Of a stretch of DNA of 64,000 bases, positions 41,650 to 54,328 are shown piece by piece. The DNA lies in contig OX597816.1 in assembly GCA_951406725.2 (NCBI GenBank), positions 105,214,001-105,278,000 on the forward strand, read 5' to 3'. The position numbers were made by a program, and so were the translations under genes. How positions within the stretch are numbered: position 1 is the stretch's first letter; every line of letters begins with the position of its first letter. The notes under the pieces are model-generated. The model was not told the origin of the DNA. It did not search any database and was given only the letters and a program-made list of their open reading frames with translations. The DNA comes from Octopus vulgaris. Taxonomy: Eukaryota.

Positions 41650-41868
41650 ATTTGTGACCCCAAGGGTCAAAAGGGGGCCTTTGGCCAAAATAGGTTGAAA
41701 ACCTTTGCTCTAGACTAGTCATGGACAAACTGCAAGACTTTCTGAATGACACAGCTAATTCCTCGAGGAAAATAACAAATGCGTAATGTCTTTTTTAGTA
41801 ATGCGGCCCGCCTGATGGTGATTCATATCTCATGAGACCCGTTTCTCAAAAAAGGTTGTCACGCCAAT
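41650..41868. mobile_element. Possible hAT/Charlie-like non-autonomous fragments
   Basis: AAATAGGTTGAAAACCTTTGCTCTAGA end, ATGCGGCCCGC subterminal motif and AAAAAGGTTG. Confidence 0.4.
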
Positions 41869-42509
41869 GGGGTTTCATAGAGAAGAATCAGTGAAGATTT
41901 AGAAAAAAGTGACTGGACAAATTATTACATTTAATAAAATTAAGATAGTTTTAAATGGTTTGAACTTGTCCAACACCATAGCGAACAAAAAACAATTAAA
42001 TGAATCCAACTCTCTTTCGCCTTCTCATCAACAAAGAGTAAAATATTTTACCTTTATTTTTTTTTTTTTTTTTTTTTTTCTGTAGGTTGGTGGGTTTGTC
42101 CGTTTGAGAATCGCTGTTCTTGCATTTCGTTAATACCATTTGGTTCAGAAATGCACTTCATAACCACTAGATCACAAATTCGATCTCTCTGTACAGTACC
42201 CTGGACATTCGTTTTCCACATAACTTCGGATTGCCCAGTACTCTGGGAATGGAATTTAGAAGACAGAAACTGGATGAAGATGTGTGTGTGTGCGTGTGTG
42301 CGTGTGTGCGTGTGTGCGTGCGTGTGTGTACTTTAAGTGTAATTTATCAATTCGACAAATATATCAATACAAGCATCAAGCTTAAACAAGTAGTAGGGTT
42401 GATATAATCAACTAAACCCTCAAAAATAATGCTCCAGTATGTCCGATGATCAAAGACAGAAACCAGTAAGAATCTAAGAATGTATTTTTCTAGTTATAGA
42501 TTTTTTGTA

Positions 42510-42797
42510 GTCTTTTATCTTTTACTTGTTTCAGTCATTGGAGTGCGGCCATACTGGGGTACCGCCTTGAAAGGTTTAGTCGAGCAAATTGACTCCAATA
42601 CTTCATTTTTTAAGACTGATACTTGTTCTGTCGTCACTTTTGCCGGACGCAAACAAACCAACATCGGCTGTCAAGTAGTTGTGAAAGAATATAGCGCAAA
42701 CACTAACGCGAGCGCACAAGCACATATATACATACACATACATAATACATACATACATACATACATACATACATACATACATACATACATACATACA

Positions 42798-42828
<31 letters not shown>

Positions 42829-42970
42829 GACAGACTTCTTTCAGTTTCCGTCCACCAAATACATACACAACGCTTTGCTCGAAGCAATAGTGAAAGATAC
42901 TTGCTCAAGGGACTGAACCCAAGACCACATGGCTGATAACCAACCTTCTCACCACAGCCACGCCTGCGCC
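42510..42970 (-). mobile_element. CORE-type SINE interrupted by (TACA)n
   Basis: Homologous to 21585-21975. Confidence 0.8.
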
Positions 42971-43036
42971 TTTAATTGTTGATATGTTTATACTCCCGTT
43001 TAATATTTCGTTACAACAACTGTTTATCCAAAAATA

Positions 43037-43426
43037 GGAGGCGCAATGGCCCAGTGGTTAGGGCAGCGGACTCGCGGTCATAGGATCGCGGTTTCGATTC
43101 CCAGACCGGGCGTTGTGAGTGTTTATTGAGCGATAACACCTAAAAGCTCCACGAGGCTCCAGCAGGGGATGGTGGTGATCCCTGCTGTACTCTTTCACCA
43201 CAACTTCCTCTCACTCTTACTTCCTGTTTCTGTTGTACCTGTATTTCAAGGGGCCGGCCTTGTCACTCTCTGTGTCACGCTGAATATCCCCGAGAACTAC
43301 GTTAAGGGTGCACGTGTCTGTGGAGTGCTCAGCCACTTACACGTTAATTTCACGAGCAAGCTGTTCCGTTGATTCGGATCAACCGGAACCCTCATCGTCG
43401 TAACCGACGGAGTGCTTCCTCCCTCC
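43037..43426 (+). mobile_element. Young tRNA(Arg-like)-derived SINE with target-site duplication
   Basis: A box TGGCCCAGTGG, B box GTTTCGATTCC, CpG-rich body, flanked by the direct repeat TTTATCCAAAA (43023-43033 and 43427-43437). Confidence 0.9.
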
Positions 43427-43616
43427 TTTATCCAAAATGACATGATGTATTCTACGTTATTATTTTCTTTAAGCCGATGTTTATCAAGGGAGTGACCAAC
43501 AGCATTTTGGGTGGGACGTAGGTTACTTCAGGATGGGGCTGAACTAAGTAACAAAGGAATAAAACTTGCAATAAAGTTTTGATTAAAACTTCTTTTGAAT
43601 ATGTATACGCTGAAAA

Positions 43617-43830
43617 AGGTGGTAAACTGGCAAAATCATTAGCGCGCCGGGCAAAATACTTCGTGGCATTTCGTCCATCTTTACGTTCTAAGTTCAAATT
43701 CCGCCGAGGTTGACTTTGCTTTTCATCCCTTTCGGGATCGATAAAATAAGTACCAGCAGAGCACTGGGGGTCGATGTAATCGACTTACCCCCTCCACCGA
43801 ACTTACTGGCATTGTGCCAAAATTTGAACC
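43617..43830 (+). mobile_element. Deu/Nin-like tRNA SINE
   Basis: Same head and core as the 3174 cluster. Confidence 0.85.
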
Positions 43831-44257
43831 CTATATGTATACGCTGTATACTAATTTTTTCCGTTCATGCTGGATCACGCTTTTTTCCCCGAGTCATCCT
43901 ACTCTGAAAATCGAAGTTGGGTGTGGGTCAAAAGAGAGTTTTGAGAAATGTTGCTTTCAACAGAATATTCTAAGAGTGCTGTAGCTTGTTTGAAGTGTTG
44001 TGATACAGAGGTAAAAATAAATGATAAAAGACAGAAGGTTTGTAGTAATGCGAAAAGGGCCACAGTAACGTTTATATATTTCAGGCACAAAGGACCATCA
44101 TCAGAGTGAACATCTGAGACATGTGAGCTTAAGTTAATCCTTTGAAGTCGATTACCAATTTTTGTCTAATTGAAATTCCTGTCTACTCTGTGATATATGA
44201 AATGTCTTTAACTTATTGTAGTTTTTCTCTTTTCGTTGGCTATTAGGAGGAGGAGGA

Positions 44258-44832
44258 GGAGGAGACCCCCTTCGATCATGAATGACCATGGGATTGGACC
44301 TAGGAAGTTACCCTCCGAGGCACAAGTCAGGACAAGATTGTTTCTGGAAGGCTAGCAGTCGCCCATGCATACCAGCCTCCCCTCTCCATACCTATTTCTT
44401 TATTACCCACAAGGGGCTAAACACAGGGGGGACAAACAAGGACAGACATAGGTATTAAGTCGATTACATCGACCCCAGTGCGTAACTGGTACTTAATTTA
44501 TCGACCCCGAAAGGATGAAAAGCAAAGTCGACCTCGGCGGAATTTGAACTCACAACGTAACGCAGACGAAATACCGCTAAGCATTTCGCCCGGCGTGCTA
44601 ACGTTTCTGCCAGCTCACAGCCCTCTCCATACCACTGATGTTATCCAAGGGAAAAGCCGATACAGCTTGGCACCAGTGATGTCGTAACTCATTTCTGCAG
44701 CTGAGTTAACTGGAGCAACGCGAAATAAAGTGTCTTGCTCAAGAACACAACACACAGCCCGGTCCGGGAATCGAACTCACAACCTCACGATCGTAAGCTC
44801 TAAGCTCTAACCACTGAGCTATGCGCCTTCAC
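44258..44832 (-). mobile_element. CORE-type SINE containing a nested Deu/Nin-like SINE (44393-44620)
   Basis: The insert is flanked by a 13-bp TSD CCCTCTCCATACC (44380-44392 and 44621-44633). Confidence 0.92.
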
Positions 44833-44842
44833 ACTCGTTAGC

Positions 44843-44887
<45 letters not shown>

Positions 44888-45410
44888 CATTATTATTATC
44901 TAAGTTTTGTATACATCACCTAATCGGAAATAATCCAACATGATCACAAAATCGACGAAGAAACGTTTAAGGGGAGATAACTTTCTTTATTAGATTCTGC
45001 TGTTACTTCTCTTTAAATTGAACATGCTTTTTAATGCAGGTGATTGAATATATGCATACACTAAAAATCCTGTAGAAAACAAAATATAAATAACAGGCTA
45101 AGTTAACATAGCCTGTTTATAAATACAATAAGAACTGAACATATTTTCTGTCCTGTGAGTAGTGTGTTGAAAGACACTGTCTGATGGTCAGTCGAAATAT
45201 TTTACTATTCTTTTATAGATTTCGAAGCACTATGGATTTTTACTTGATTACATTAACCTTAATACTTTGCTTGCCATTTATTTTATCGGCCTCAGAAGGG
45301 ATCTGAAAGAATAAACTAATTGGCCGTGAAAGAAAGCAACTGAGACGAATCCAAATTCTGTTTAATTTATATATTTTTTTTTAAGGTACCATTTCTTACC
45401 TTATCACGTA

Positions 45411-45712
45411 CTAGCAGTATCGCCCGGCGTTGCTCATGTTTGTAAGGGAAATAACTATATAAGCATTTTTAGAGAGTTACTTCCCTTATATAATAGCAAA
45501 AAATGCATTAAAAATGGGAAAAAATGATGGTAAATTTTTTTTTAAATCGTAGACTCATCATAGACGCGCGCTAATACCCAGAAGGGCTCGATATGAATGA
45601 CGACTATGAGATACCCGCTTTTGGTTAAACTGCACCGCAAAATGTGGGAGTAGTTAGGAATCTAAATCGTAGGAAACAGACACTCACACAACTTCACTTT
45701 TATATATAAAGA
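45411..45712 (-). mobile_element. Non-autonomous Helitron, complete (same family as 39885)
   Basis: Colinear and highly similar to 39885-40188; TC...CTAG ends at an A|T site. Confidence 0.92.
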
Positions 45713-45723
45713 TATACAGATGC

Positions 45724-45754
<31 letters not shown>

Positions 45755-46460
45755 CGCGCGTACGTGTACATATTCCATACAATATTATATACATAGTGGG
45801 CCCGAATGTTCATGTAGTTAGGAAGAACACTCCGCGATAACCTGACTCTTCGTTTGAACCAAGGATCACCTTATTGCGAAGCGAATTTTTAACTACATGA
45901 CCAGTCCAGCCGACTAGGTATATAATCTAATACCACAGAAATGTATAAGAAATCTTGCAAAAGATAACTTACAGTAACCTTTTAAATGATCAATAAAATT
46001 AATGCCAGCAAAATATGGTAGTCTGTGCCATCGATTCTACCCTTCTTCGACAAGCATTAAATATCTACCTAATCAAAAGAAATCAATAATTTCCATTATC
46101 GTAGCGTCTATTGATACAAGGGAGATAAGTTTTTATTGTCCAGAACGCTATTATTAGTGGCTGAAGTCTTAGTTGAAATGCAATGGTCGAAAGCACAGCC
46201 AACGTCAGTACATTTTATGCAAGGAATATTAACTAGAAATAGTCACATGGTACAGGAAAAGCAATATTAGTCTACGACTAAAATTAATTTCATTTGTTCG
46301 AAAAGTATGGGAGACAAAACAGGTAATTTTTTTTTTTTTTCAGGTTTATTGTGGACCTCACTAGCAAAATACATCCACAGTTCTTGCCTAAACATTGATA
46401 CAATTACAAAGTATTCTTCTTATACTTTGTTTAACTAGTAGAGTCCCTAATGCCTCTCTT

Positions 46461-46513
<53 letters not shown>

Positions 46514-46787
46514 AAGACATCGAAATGTTTCAGTCTCTAATATATTGAGAACATTTTCATATTTAAAGAAAATAAGACGAAATACAGCAAATATAACTTA
46601 AAACAGTACATGATATAAACTGAAATGATGCAATTAATAAAGATAATCAAATAGTTTTGACTTAATAGATGAAATAAGGGATGAAATAAGGAGTGAGTCT
46701 GTGTGTATATATGGATGCATGGATGTGTGAGTATGTATGTATGTAGGTAGGTAGGTAGGTAGGTAGGTAGGTAGGTAGGCAGGTAGT

Positions 46788-46819
<32 letters not shown>

Positions 46820-46833
46820 CAAGTAGTTAACTA

Positions 46834-46994
46834 CCGTATTTTAACGTGTATAAGGAACCCTTTTTTGTCAAAAATTTAGGTTTAAAAAATATGGGAGTTT
46901 CTTATATATAGATAGTATTATAATCCCTTACAAAACGATTTTTCCAAATTTTAAGCCCATAATTTGGGGGTTCCTTATACACGTTAAAATACGA
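46834..46994. mobile_element. Tc1/pogo-type MITE (~160 bp)
   Basis: TA|CCGTATTTTAACGTGTATAAGGAACCC ... GGGTTCCTTATACACGTTAAAATACGA|TA, 27-bp TIRs. Confidence 0.92.
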
Positions 46995-47800
46995 TAGATA
47001 GATATGAATGTATAATTCTCTGTTGATTCACCAGGAGCGATTAATTATGAGCTCATTACAAATGAAGAGTATTCTTTAATACATTATGACAGAAAGGCTC
47101 CGATTTCCAGTACTCAGAGTTGCTCCTTTCCGATCATCAGCTAGTAAGCCGAGCTTAGTTTTCCTTTGAATATACACTGTCCGAATACTTTTGAAATATG
47201 AAATGGGCGTTTGAAGGAAAAGCTCGTCCTTATGTTCCGTTTAAAAACCTTTGTGAACGACATGTGCGGAAACAGTTTTCATTCCATTTATGGTCCTCGT
47301 GGTAACACTAATATAAACGTCATGAAATCCCTACAATCGAAATGGTGAAAGTTCGTGGTTGTTTAAGCAATGTTGCGAAATAATATTTTTAATTAATGAG
47401 TGTGTATGCGTTGCTCATTTTGTATGCCCCTGAGTAGACGCATACATATATACGTATGTACACACATATACGAACATATATACACAGAATTACGCATTCG
47501 TGTATAATCTATGCGTATAAATTTGACATGGGCGATTCTTTCTTGTCTTGGGATTCACGGTCAAACGGCTGGGTGAAACTGCGAGAAAAATTACACAGAT
47601 GTGTAGAATGATCTGCTGGTGATGCAGAGCTTTGTATTTTTTCATAGCCCCCATGGTTACCGGGATAATCTACTATAATAATACTCTTGTGTTTATGAAT
47701 ATTCAGATTGGGTATTGAAATGAAAACCAGGCTCGGTTTACCAGCTGTTGATAGGAAACGAGCAACCCTGAGTACTGGAAATCAGATCCCTTTTGTTACA

Positions 47801-47867
<67 letters not shown>

Positions 47868-47870
<3 letters not shown>

Positions 47871-49328
47871 TATTCCTATTTGAACATAAATGTGGTTTCC
47901 GATCTGGAAGAGGAACGATGGATATGATTTTCACAGCGTGACAGAGGCAGAAGTGCTATGAGCAGAATATGGATCTTGTCCAGGTATTCATTGATTTAAC
48001 CGAGGCCTTTGATTCTGTGAATAGGGCCTCCCTACGGAAAATACTCGGCAAACTTGGATGTCCGGATCACATTGTATCAATAATTAAATCATTTAATGAT
48101 GGAATGGAGGCTTGGCTCAATGTTGGTGGTGACATGGCGGAACCCATTCTTGTAGAGAATGGTGTCAAGCAGGATGACAACTCTCTTTTCTATGTACTTT
48201 GTTGCTACTCTTACTCATGCTTTTTCTGTGGACAGATCTTCTGTGATATATGTTAGGTATCGCTCTTCTGGCCGCCTTTTTAACCTGCGTCGATTTTCTG
48301 CCAATTCAAAAGTTTTCCAGTCTCTTATTCGTGACCCTCTTTATGCAGATGACTGTGATTTAGTCACTCATACAGCGGAGGATATGCAAATACTTGTGAA
48401 TCATTTCTGCTTCTTGCAAGGCATCTGGACTCAGCATTAGACAGGACAAGATTGTTGTAATAGTCCAGCCTGCACCAGGAAATCCATTCGTAGAACCAGC
48501 TATCTTCGTTGAAGGAACAATACTGAAAGTGGTAGACAAGTTTGTCTGCTTGAACAGCACCCTCAGCCGGTCTTGCTCTCTGCGTGTTGAAATATCTTTC
48601 AGGCTGCAGAGAGCAACTGATCCCTTCAGGCCTCTTGAATCTCGTGTCTGGTCCCAACATGGTATCACAAGGCGAACAAAAATTGCTATGTGCCGTGCAT
48701 GTGTACTGGCATCGCTCCTTTACACATGTGAGACATGGACCCTTTACAAATGTCATGTAAGGGCCCTTCAACGCTTCCATCAGAGATGTCTGAGACACTT
48801 TCTGGATGTTAGCTGGACCTTAAGAACTCCAGATACACAGGTCCTGAGGAAAGCCGTTATCCTGAGTATTGAGGCGATGGTGCACAAACACCGGTTGTGT
48901 TGGACTGGACATCTTGTTAGAATGAATGATAGCAGGATCCCTAAACAGTTGCTATGTGAGCAACTTGTTAGTGGAAAGTGACCCCGGCAAAATCCAAGAC
49001 TGCAGTTTAAGGACTGTGTAAAGTCCCCATTAAAATGTTTGAGGCTGACTGGGAGAGTAATGCTTGTTATCGCCAAGGATGGAGGAAACAGGTAAAGGAT
49101 GGAGCTGATAAATTTGAAAAAGCATGCACTCTTCATGAAGATTTTAAGCGTGCGACTCGAAAACGCATAGCTAGTGTAATGAATGGGGAAAGCTTGGTCT
49201 GCAATGTTTGTCAAGATCAGGGCTCTTAGTCACCAACGGAGCCGTGTGAAGTATGAGGTAACCTTGAGCGCACAATGTTCCTAAAGGTCAGTAATGGTTT
49301 TCCTCGGTTACGAGTGGACTGCCATCAT
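47868..49328 (+). mobile_element. 5'-truncated RTE (BovB-like) LINE, pseudogenised RT
   Basis: CGFRSGRGTMDMIFTA, FIDLTEAFDSVNR, NGVKQ, LYADD, LLYTCETWTLY, RFHQRCLR, RLCWTGHLVRM..RIPKQLL; frameshifts and stops. Confidence 0.95.
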
Positions 49329-49410
49329 GTATGTAAGCATGTATATGTATGTGTGGGGTGGAGGGGATGAATGGATGGATGGATGGATTAGGCCCATATG
49401 TATGAACCTG

Positions 49411-49444
<34 letters not shown>

Positions 49445-49445
<1 letters not shown>

Positions 49446-49841
49446 TTTTCTACACTCGGCACAAGGCCCGAAATTTTGGGGGTGGGGCCAATCGATCAGA
49501 TTGACTCCAGTACGCAACAGGTACTTAATTTATCGACCCCAAAAGGATGAAAGGCAAAGTCGACCTCGGTGGAATTTCAACTCAGAACATAGCGGCAGAC
49601 GAAATACCTATTTCTTTATTACCCACAAGGGGCTAAACACAGAGGGGACAAACAAGGACAGACATAGGTATTAAGTCGATTACATCGACCCCAGTGCGTA
49701 ACTGGTATTTAATTAATCGACGCCGAAAGGATGAAAGGAAAAGTCGACCTCGGCGGAATTTGAACTCAGAACGTAATGGCAGAGGAAATACGGCTACGCA
49801 ATTCGTCCGACGTGCTAACGTTTCTGCCAGCTCGCCGCCTT
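49445..49841 (-). mobile_element. Dimeric Deu/Nin-like SINE
   Basis: Reverse complement of the 35108-35495 architecture. Confidence 0.9.
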
Positions 49842-49875
49842 ATATATACTATTTATATTATATTATACTATAATA

Positions 49876-50092
49876 AGGCAGTGACTTAGCAGAATTGTTA
49901 GCTCGCTGGGCAAAATGTTTACCGGCATTTCGTCTGTCTATGCATTCTGAGTTCAAATTCCGTCGAGGTCGATTTTGCCTTTTATCCGTTAGAGGTCGGT
50001 GAATTAAGTACCAGTCGAACACTGGCGTAGATGTAATCCAATAACCACTTCCTCTAAAAAATGTCAGCACTTATGTCTATGATAGAAAGGAA
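49876..50092 (+). mobile_element. Deu/Nin-like SINE, diverged
   Basis: Head and core recognisable. Confidence 0.8.
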
Positions 50093-50440
50093 TATATATA
50101 GATAAAAATTCCAAGTATCGAAGTGTAGGAAGAAAAGTTAGCTTCAAGCAATACGTAGTAAATATTAAAAACAACTTTCAGGGACTATAGTAGTTTATTG
50201 AGACGGAAGGCTGTGGATTTTTTTCTTATCGAAGTACGATATATTGAAAAAAATTTATTTTTTTTTTACATTTCACGGTAGGCAACCAGGAGACGCCGCA
50301 AAACTATCAAGAAACAACAGGTCAAGGGAAATAACTTTTACATTTTGTTATGCTATTGCTTTGCCTTGATAATAAATTGTTATTGCTTCTATCCATTCAT
50401 CTATGAAAATAATGTTTTTTCATATATTAGGAGTGGTTTA

Positions 50441-50655
50441 GGGCGGCAAGGTAGCAGAATCATTAGCACGCCCGGCAAAATGCTAAACAGCATTTCATCC
50501 GTCTATACGTTCTGAGATCAAATTCGGCCGAGATCGACTTTGCCTTTCATCCTTTCGTGGTCAATAATATAAATTCCAGTTGAGTACTGGATGGCATCTA
50601 ATCGGCTTAGCTCCTTCCCCGAAATTTCTGGCCTTGTGCCAATATTTGAAAACAA
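50441..50655 (+). mobile_element. Deu/Nin-like SINE, diverged
   Basis: Head and core recognisable. Confidence 0.8.
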
Positions 50656-50876
50656 TATTTAAGGAGAGGTTTCTAATAAATGCACAGGATTGAAATATGG
50701 GTATAATGGAGGGATTTTAGAGTCTAATCTTTAGACTATTAAATCAACCGCGATTGACTAGTATTTTATTTTATCTATCTCGGTGGGATAAAAGGCGAAA
50801 ATGACCACGGCAGAAAAGAGAGGAAAAAATTGGTGTACGATTTCGAAATGGGGGGAAACTCGACGAAATAAAAAGG

Positions 50877-50936
<60 letters not shown>

Positions 50937-50937
50937 T

Positions 50938-51398
50938 TGTAAGACCCTAGGATCTAGGTGTAGGAAGCCATTAAACTTCAAGCAGTCCGTGGTAGGTATA
51001 AGGAAACAACGTTCAGGAACAATAATAATTCATTGACGTCGAAGGTTATAGGCTATTCCTAGATCGAAGTTCGATAAGCTGAAAAACTCTTTTGTTTCGC
51101 TCATGGTCAGCAACTAGAGTTGAGAGAGTGAAAACAGGTAAAATCCAGGCTACATATGTTTCCTAGCTAGCTGATCCTCTGATGTAATAATTACTCAACG
51201 AGGGATACTTACCTAGCTAATCGTCAAGCCGAAGGTACCTTAATTATATAAAAGTTACATTGTCGTTTAGGAACCCCAAGTTAACTCACCGAAGATGTAG
51301 TTTGAAATGACTGGTGAAGTCGGACGAAGTGAATAAAAAAAATTAAAAGAAATAAATTGGTCAGTAAATAAGGAAAGTGAAGAAAGCGGTCAAATATT
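50938..51398 (+). mobile_element. Possible LTR
   Basis: Starts TGTAAGACCC and has TATATAAAA (~51246) and AATAAA (~51332), followed by TGGTAG (PBS-like). The canonical CA end is unclear. Confidence 0.35.
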
Positions 51399-51528
51399 TG
51401 GTAGTGGGGAATCGTATAAAAATGTTAAGAATAAAGAAAAGGAAAATGGGGAAAAAGAGAGGAGTTAAGGTAAATGAGATGACCTTTCCCCTTGTGAATA
51501 TTAAGCTGGGGCCACTTTAGTATGTCAA

Positions 51529-51817
51529 CGGTGAGCTGGCAGAGAAGACGGCGAGCTGGCAGATAAGGCGGCGAGCTGGCAGATAAGGCGGCGAGCTGGC
51601 AGAAACGTTAGCACGCTGGGCGAAATGCTTAGCGGTATTTCGCCTGACGTTACGTTCTGAGTCCAAATTCCGCCGAGGTCGACTTTGCCCTTTATCCTTT
51701 CGGGGTCGATAAATTAAGTACCAGTTACGCACTGGGGTCGATATAATCGACTTAATCCGTTTGTCTGTCCTTGTTTGTCCCCTCTATGTTTAGCCCCTTG
51801 TGGGTAGTAAAGAAATC
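51529..51817 (+). mobile_element. Young Deu/Nin-like SINE with four tandem copies of its 5' 20-mer
   Basis: (GGCGGCGAGCTGGCAGATAA)x~4 followed by the normal SINE body. Confidence 0.9.
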
Positions 51818-52332
51818 GGTATACAAATGCTTTGGTTCACCCATGCATACACATTTATACAGAATAAAAGACATGTTAGAAGAAATGAAATGGTAAAGAT
51901 TAAGAAGAAAAGGAAAGGAAGAGGTCAAATATTTAGGAGTGGGAGTTGGGTGGAGTTGTTAGGAAAGAAGAGAAGAGGAAGAAGAAAGTGAGGGAGATAG
52001 TCATAAAACGTTGTAGCCTTTAAGGGGAAACATAACAAGCACAGGTAATGTTGGTCGCTAATGTTGGTCGCTTACTAATTTACAATAAATATACACAATC
52101 GCGCACCCATGCATACACGTGTACACTCACTGTGCGCCCATGATATCAACATAAGTGTGCGCGCATACGTGTACGCATATCCCCATATGCAAAACGGATG
52201 GTATAAAGAGATCACAAAGTTTTAAAAATGTATTTTAAAAATAGCTCAAAAAAGTACGTTATGAATACATAGGAGAAACTCAAATGGGGGGGATGTACGA
52301 GGATTAACTAGGGAATTATCGGGGAAGGTATA

Positions 52333-53325
52333 TATTGGATCATCCCATAAATAATGCAGTTTTTTTATACTTTTATTTTTCAAAATCAAGATTAAAAAAA
52401 AGCTCTTTTTTAATCTAAAATATACTCTCCTTCATTTTCTACAATGCTCTTCCATCTATCTGGTAGACTTGCAAGGCCCCTCTTCCAAAATTTACCTATC
52501 CATAACGAAAAATACACCTCCAGTATTGTTCTGATCTTGTCTACAGAATGCATATTTTTTCCGTCCAAATGATTTTGAAGACTGTGGAATAAATGATAAT
52601 CAGATGGGGCAATGTCCAATGAATATAGAGGGTGGGGCATCATCTCCCATTCAAACTACTCCAGCCTTTGGAATGTCATCCTTTCTGTATGTGGCCGAGC
52701 ATTATCCTGGTGGAAGAACATCTTTCGTCTTGAAACCAAAGATGGTCATTTTTCTTCTAGCGCTGACTTAAGCTGTTAAAGCTGCTCCCAGTAGATCTCC
52801 TTTGTTATCGATTGGTTTGGGTTTAAAAGTTCAAAGTGGACTAAATCTCTCATATCCCATCAAATAGATAACAACACCTTACATGGGTGAATACCTTCTT
52901 TAGCCTGGAGTGCCGGTGTTTCTCTTTTCCCTACCCATTGTCTTCGGCGCTTGACATTTTTATAGAGAATCCATTTCTTATCACCAGTCGCTTTTTGGCC
53001 AAAAATGGTCCATTTGTGAGACGTGACAGCAAAGAATAACACACATTCTCTCCTGCGTGTAATTAGACTCGGAAAGTTTGTGAAGAACCCATTGACCCAA
53101 TTTTCTGACTTTTCCGATGGCACGCAGGTGGCGAGGAATGGTTGACTGACCAAATCCAAGCTACTCTGCTAGTTCCTCAACAGTTACAACGGGATAGGAC
53201 GTCCTCGTCAAGTTCTACAGATCTTCCAGGACGAGGCTCGTCTTAAAGGCTGTGGTTTCTGGCTCAGAATTTCTGGAACCACCGCTGACATTGGCTTACG
53301 CTGAATGAATGACCATCTCCGAGAA
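52333..53325 (-). mobile_element. mariner (DD34D) transposon remnant with 3' TIR
   Basis: ATGDKKWILYKNVKR, FHQDNARPH, HPLYSLDIAPSDYHLF, LPDRWKSIVENEGEY; TIR TTGGATCATCCCATAAATAATGC next to TA. Confidence 0.93.
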
Positions 53326-53420
53326 AGGCAATCTCTCCGAACCCTAAAAAACTATTGCACCTTGCACTCACTTTTAATAGCTGTAAGGTGAAGAAGACAA
53401 TGGCATCCCTAGCCTCACTC

Positions 53421-53424
<4 letters not shown>

Positions 53425-53476
<52 letters not shown>

Positions 53477-53550
53477 TCTCTCTCTCCCCTTCTCTCTCTC
53501 TATCTATCTTTCTCGTTTTCTCTCTCTCCCTCTCTCTATTTCTTTCTTTC
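53425..53550. repeat. (CT)n-rich tract
   Basis: CT dinucleotide run with decay. Confidence 0.95.
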
Positions 53551-54328
53551 TTGAGCTGTCTGGTCTCTTGCCATCTCCTCTCAGCTACTCTCCAACCACA
53601 CTTTCTCTCCCCTTCCATCATCTTTGCCGTGTCCAATACCGTACGTCCGCATTAATCACTATGCCTAATCCTTCAGTCCCAGAGTGTTGGTCCTCTGGAA
53701 TTTTAGCTTATGTCAGGACACATGACGTTCTTGTTTTGGGGGGGGGTTTAATCAACAATAGTAACACATATGCGTAATAATGACGAAATAAAAACTCAAC
53801 GTAAATATATGTTCAGTATTTCAAATGTTTCTTTTATTCCGTCCTTTTTCACCCCCAGAGGTAGAAAATAGCTAGAGAAGAAGAAGAGACCTATAATGAG
53901 CAAGACCGAGAAAGGACCTAGAAAATGAGTAAACTCAATCGAAGAAAACAAAGGACAGGATCAAAATAAAACGAAGATAAAATAAAGGACAGACTAAGAC
54001 CAAGAAAACATTGGTATGATGTAGATTGTGTCTTGTCTGTTAAATCCATGACACCATTAAGATACTTCACAGGCCAGTATGGTAAGATAGACGACGAAGT
54101 TAGCCTGCAATCACCAAATACCTTTAAACACTCAACGAACACAGAGAATTTTATCCCTAAATCGTATGATATCCGGGTAAGGATATATATATATGAGATG
54201 CCAAATGAATCAATGATTATCTTATGAACTTCATTAGCTTACAGCTATTTTCTGCTATGAGATGCAGTTGAGTGGTTGCAGTCAAATGACAAACAAATAA
54301 GAGAATAAAAGAGAATAGAAAATATATA

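Noticed and set aside
43037-43110. tRNA gene candidate
   Set aside because: Acceptor and anticodon stems do not pair properly, and it continues into a SINE body with a TSD.
44062-44110. Minus-strand CTGATGA...GAAA hammerhead-like match
   Set aside because: Stem I does not pair and stem II is marginal; compatible with chance.
52410-53159. SETMAR-like host gene
   Set aside because: Only a disrupted mariner transposase with a TIR; no SET domain.
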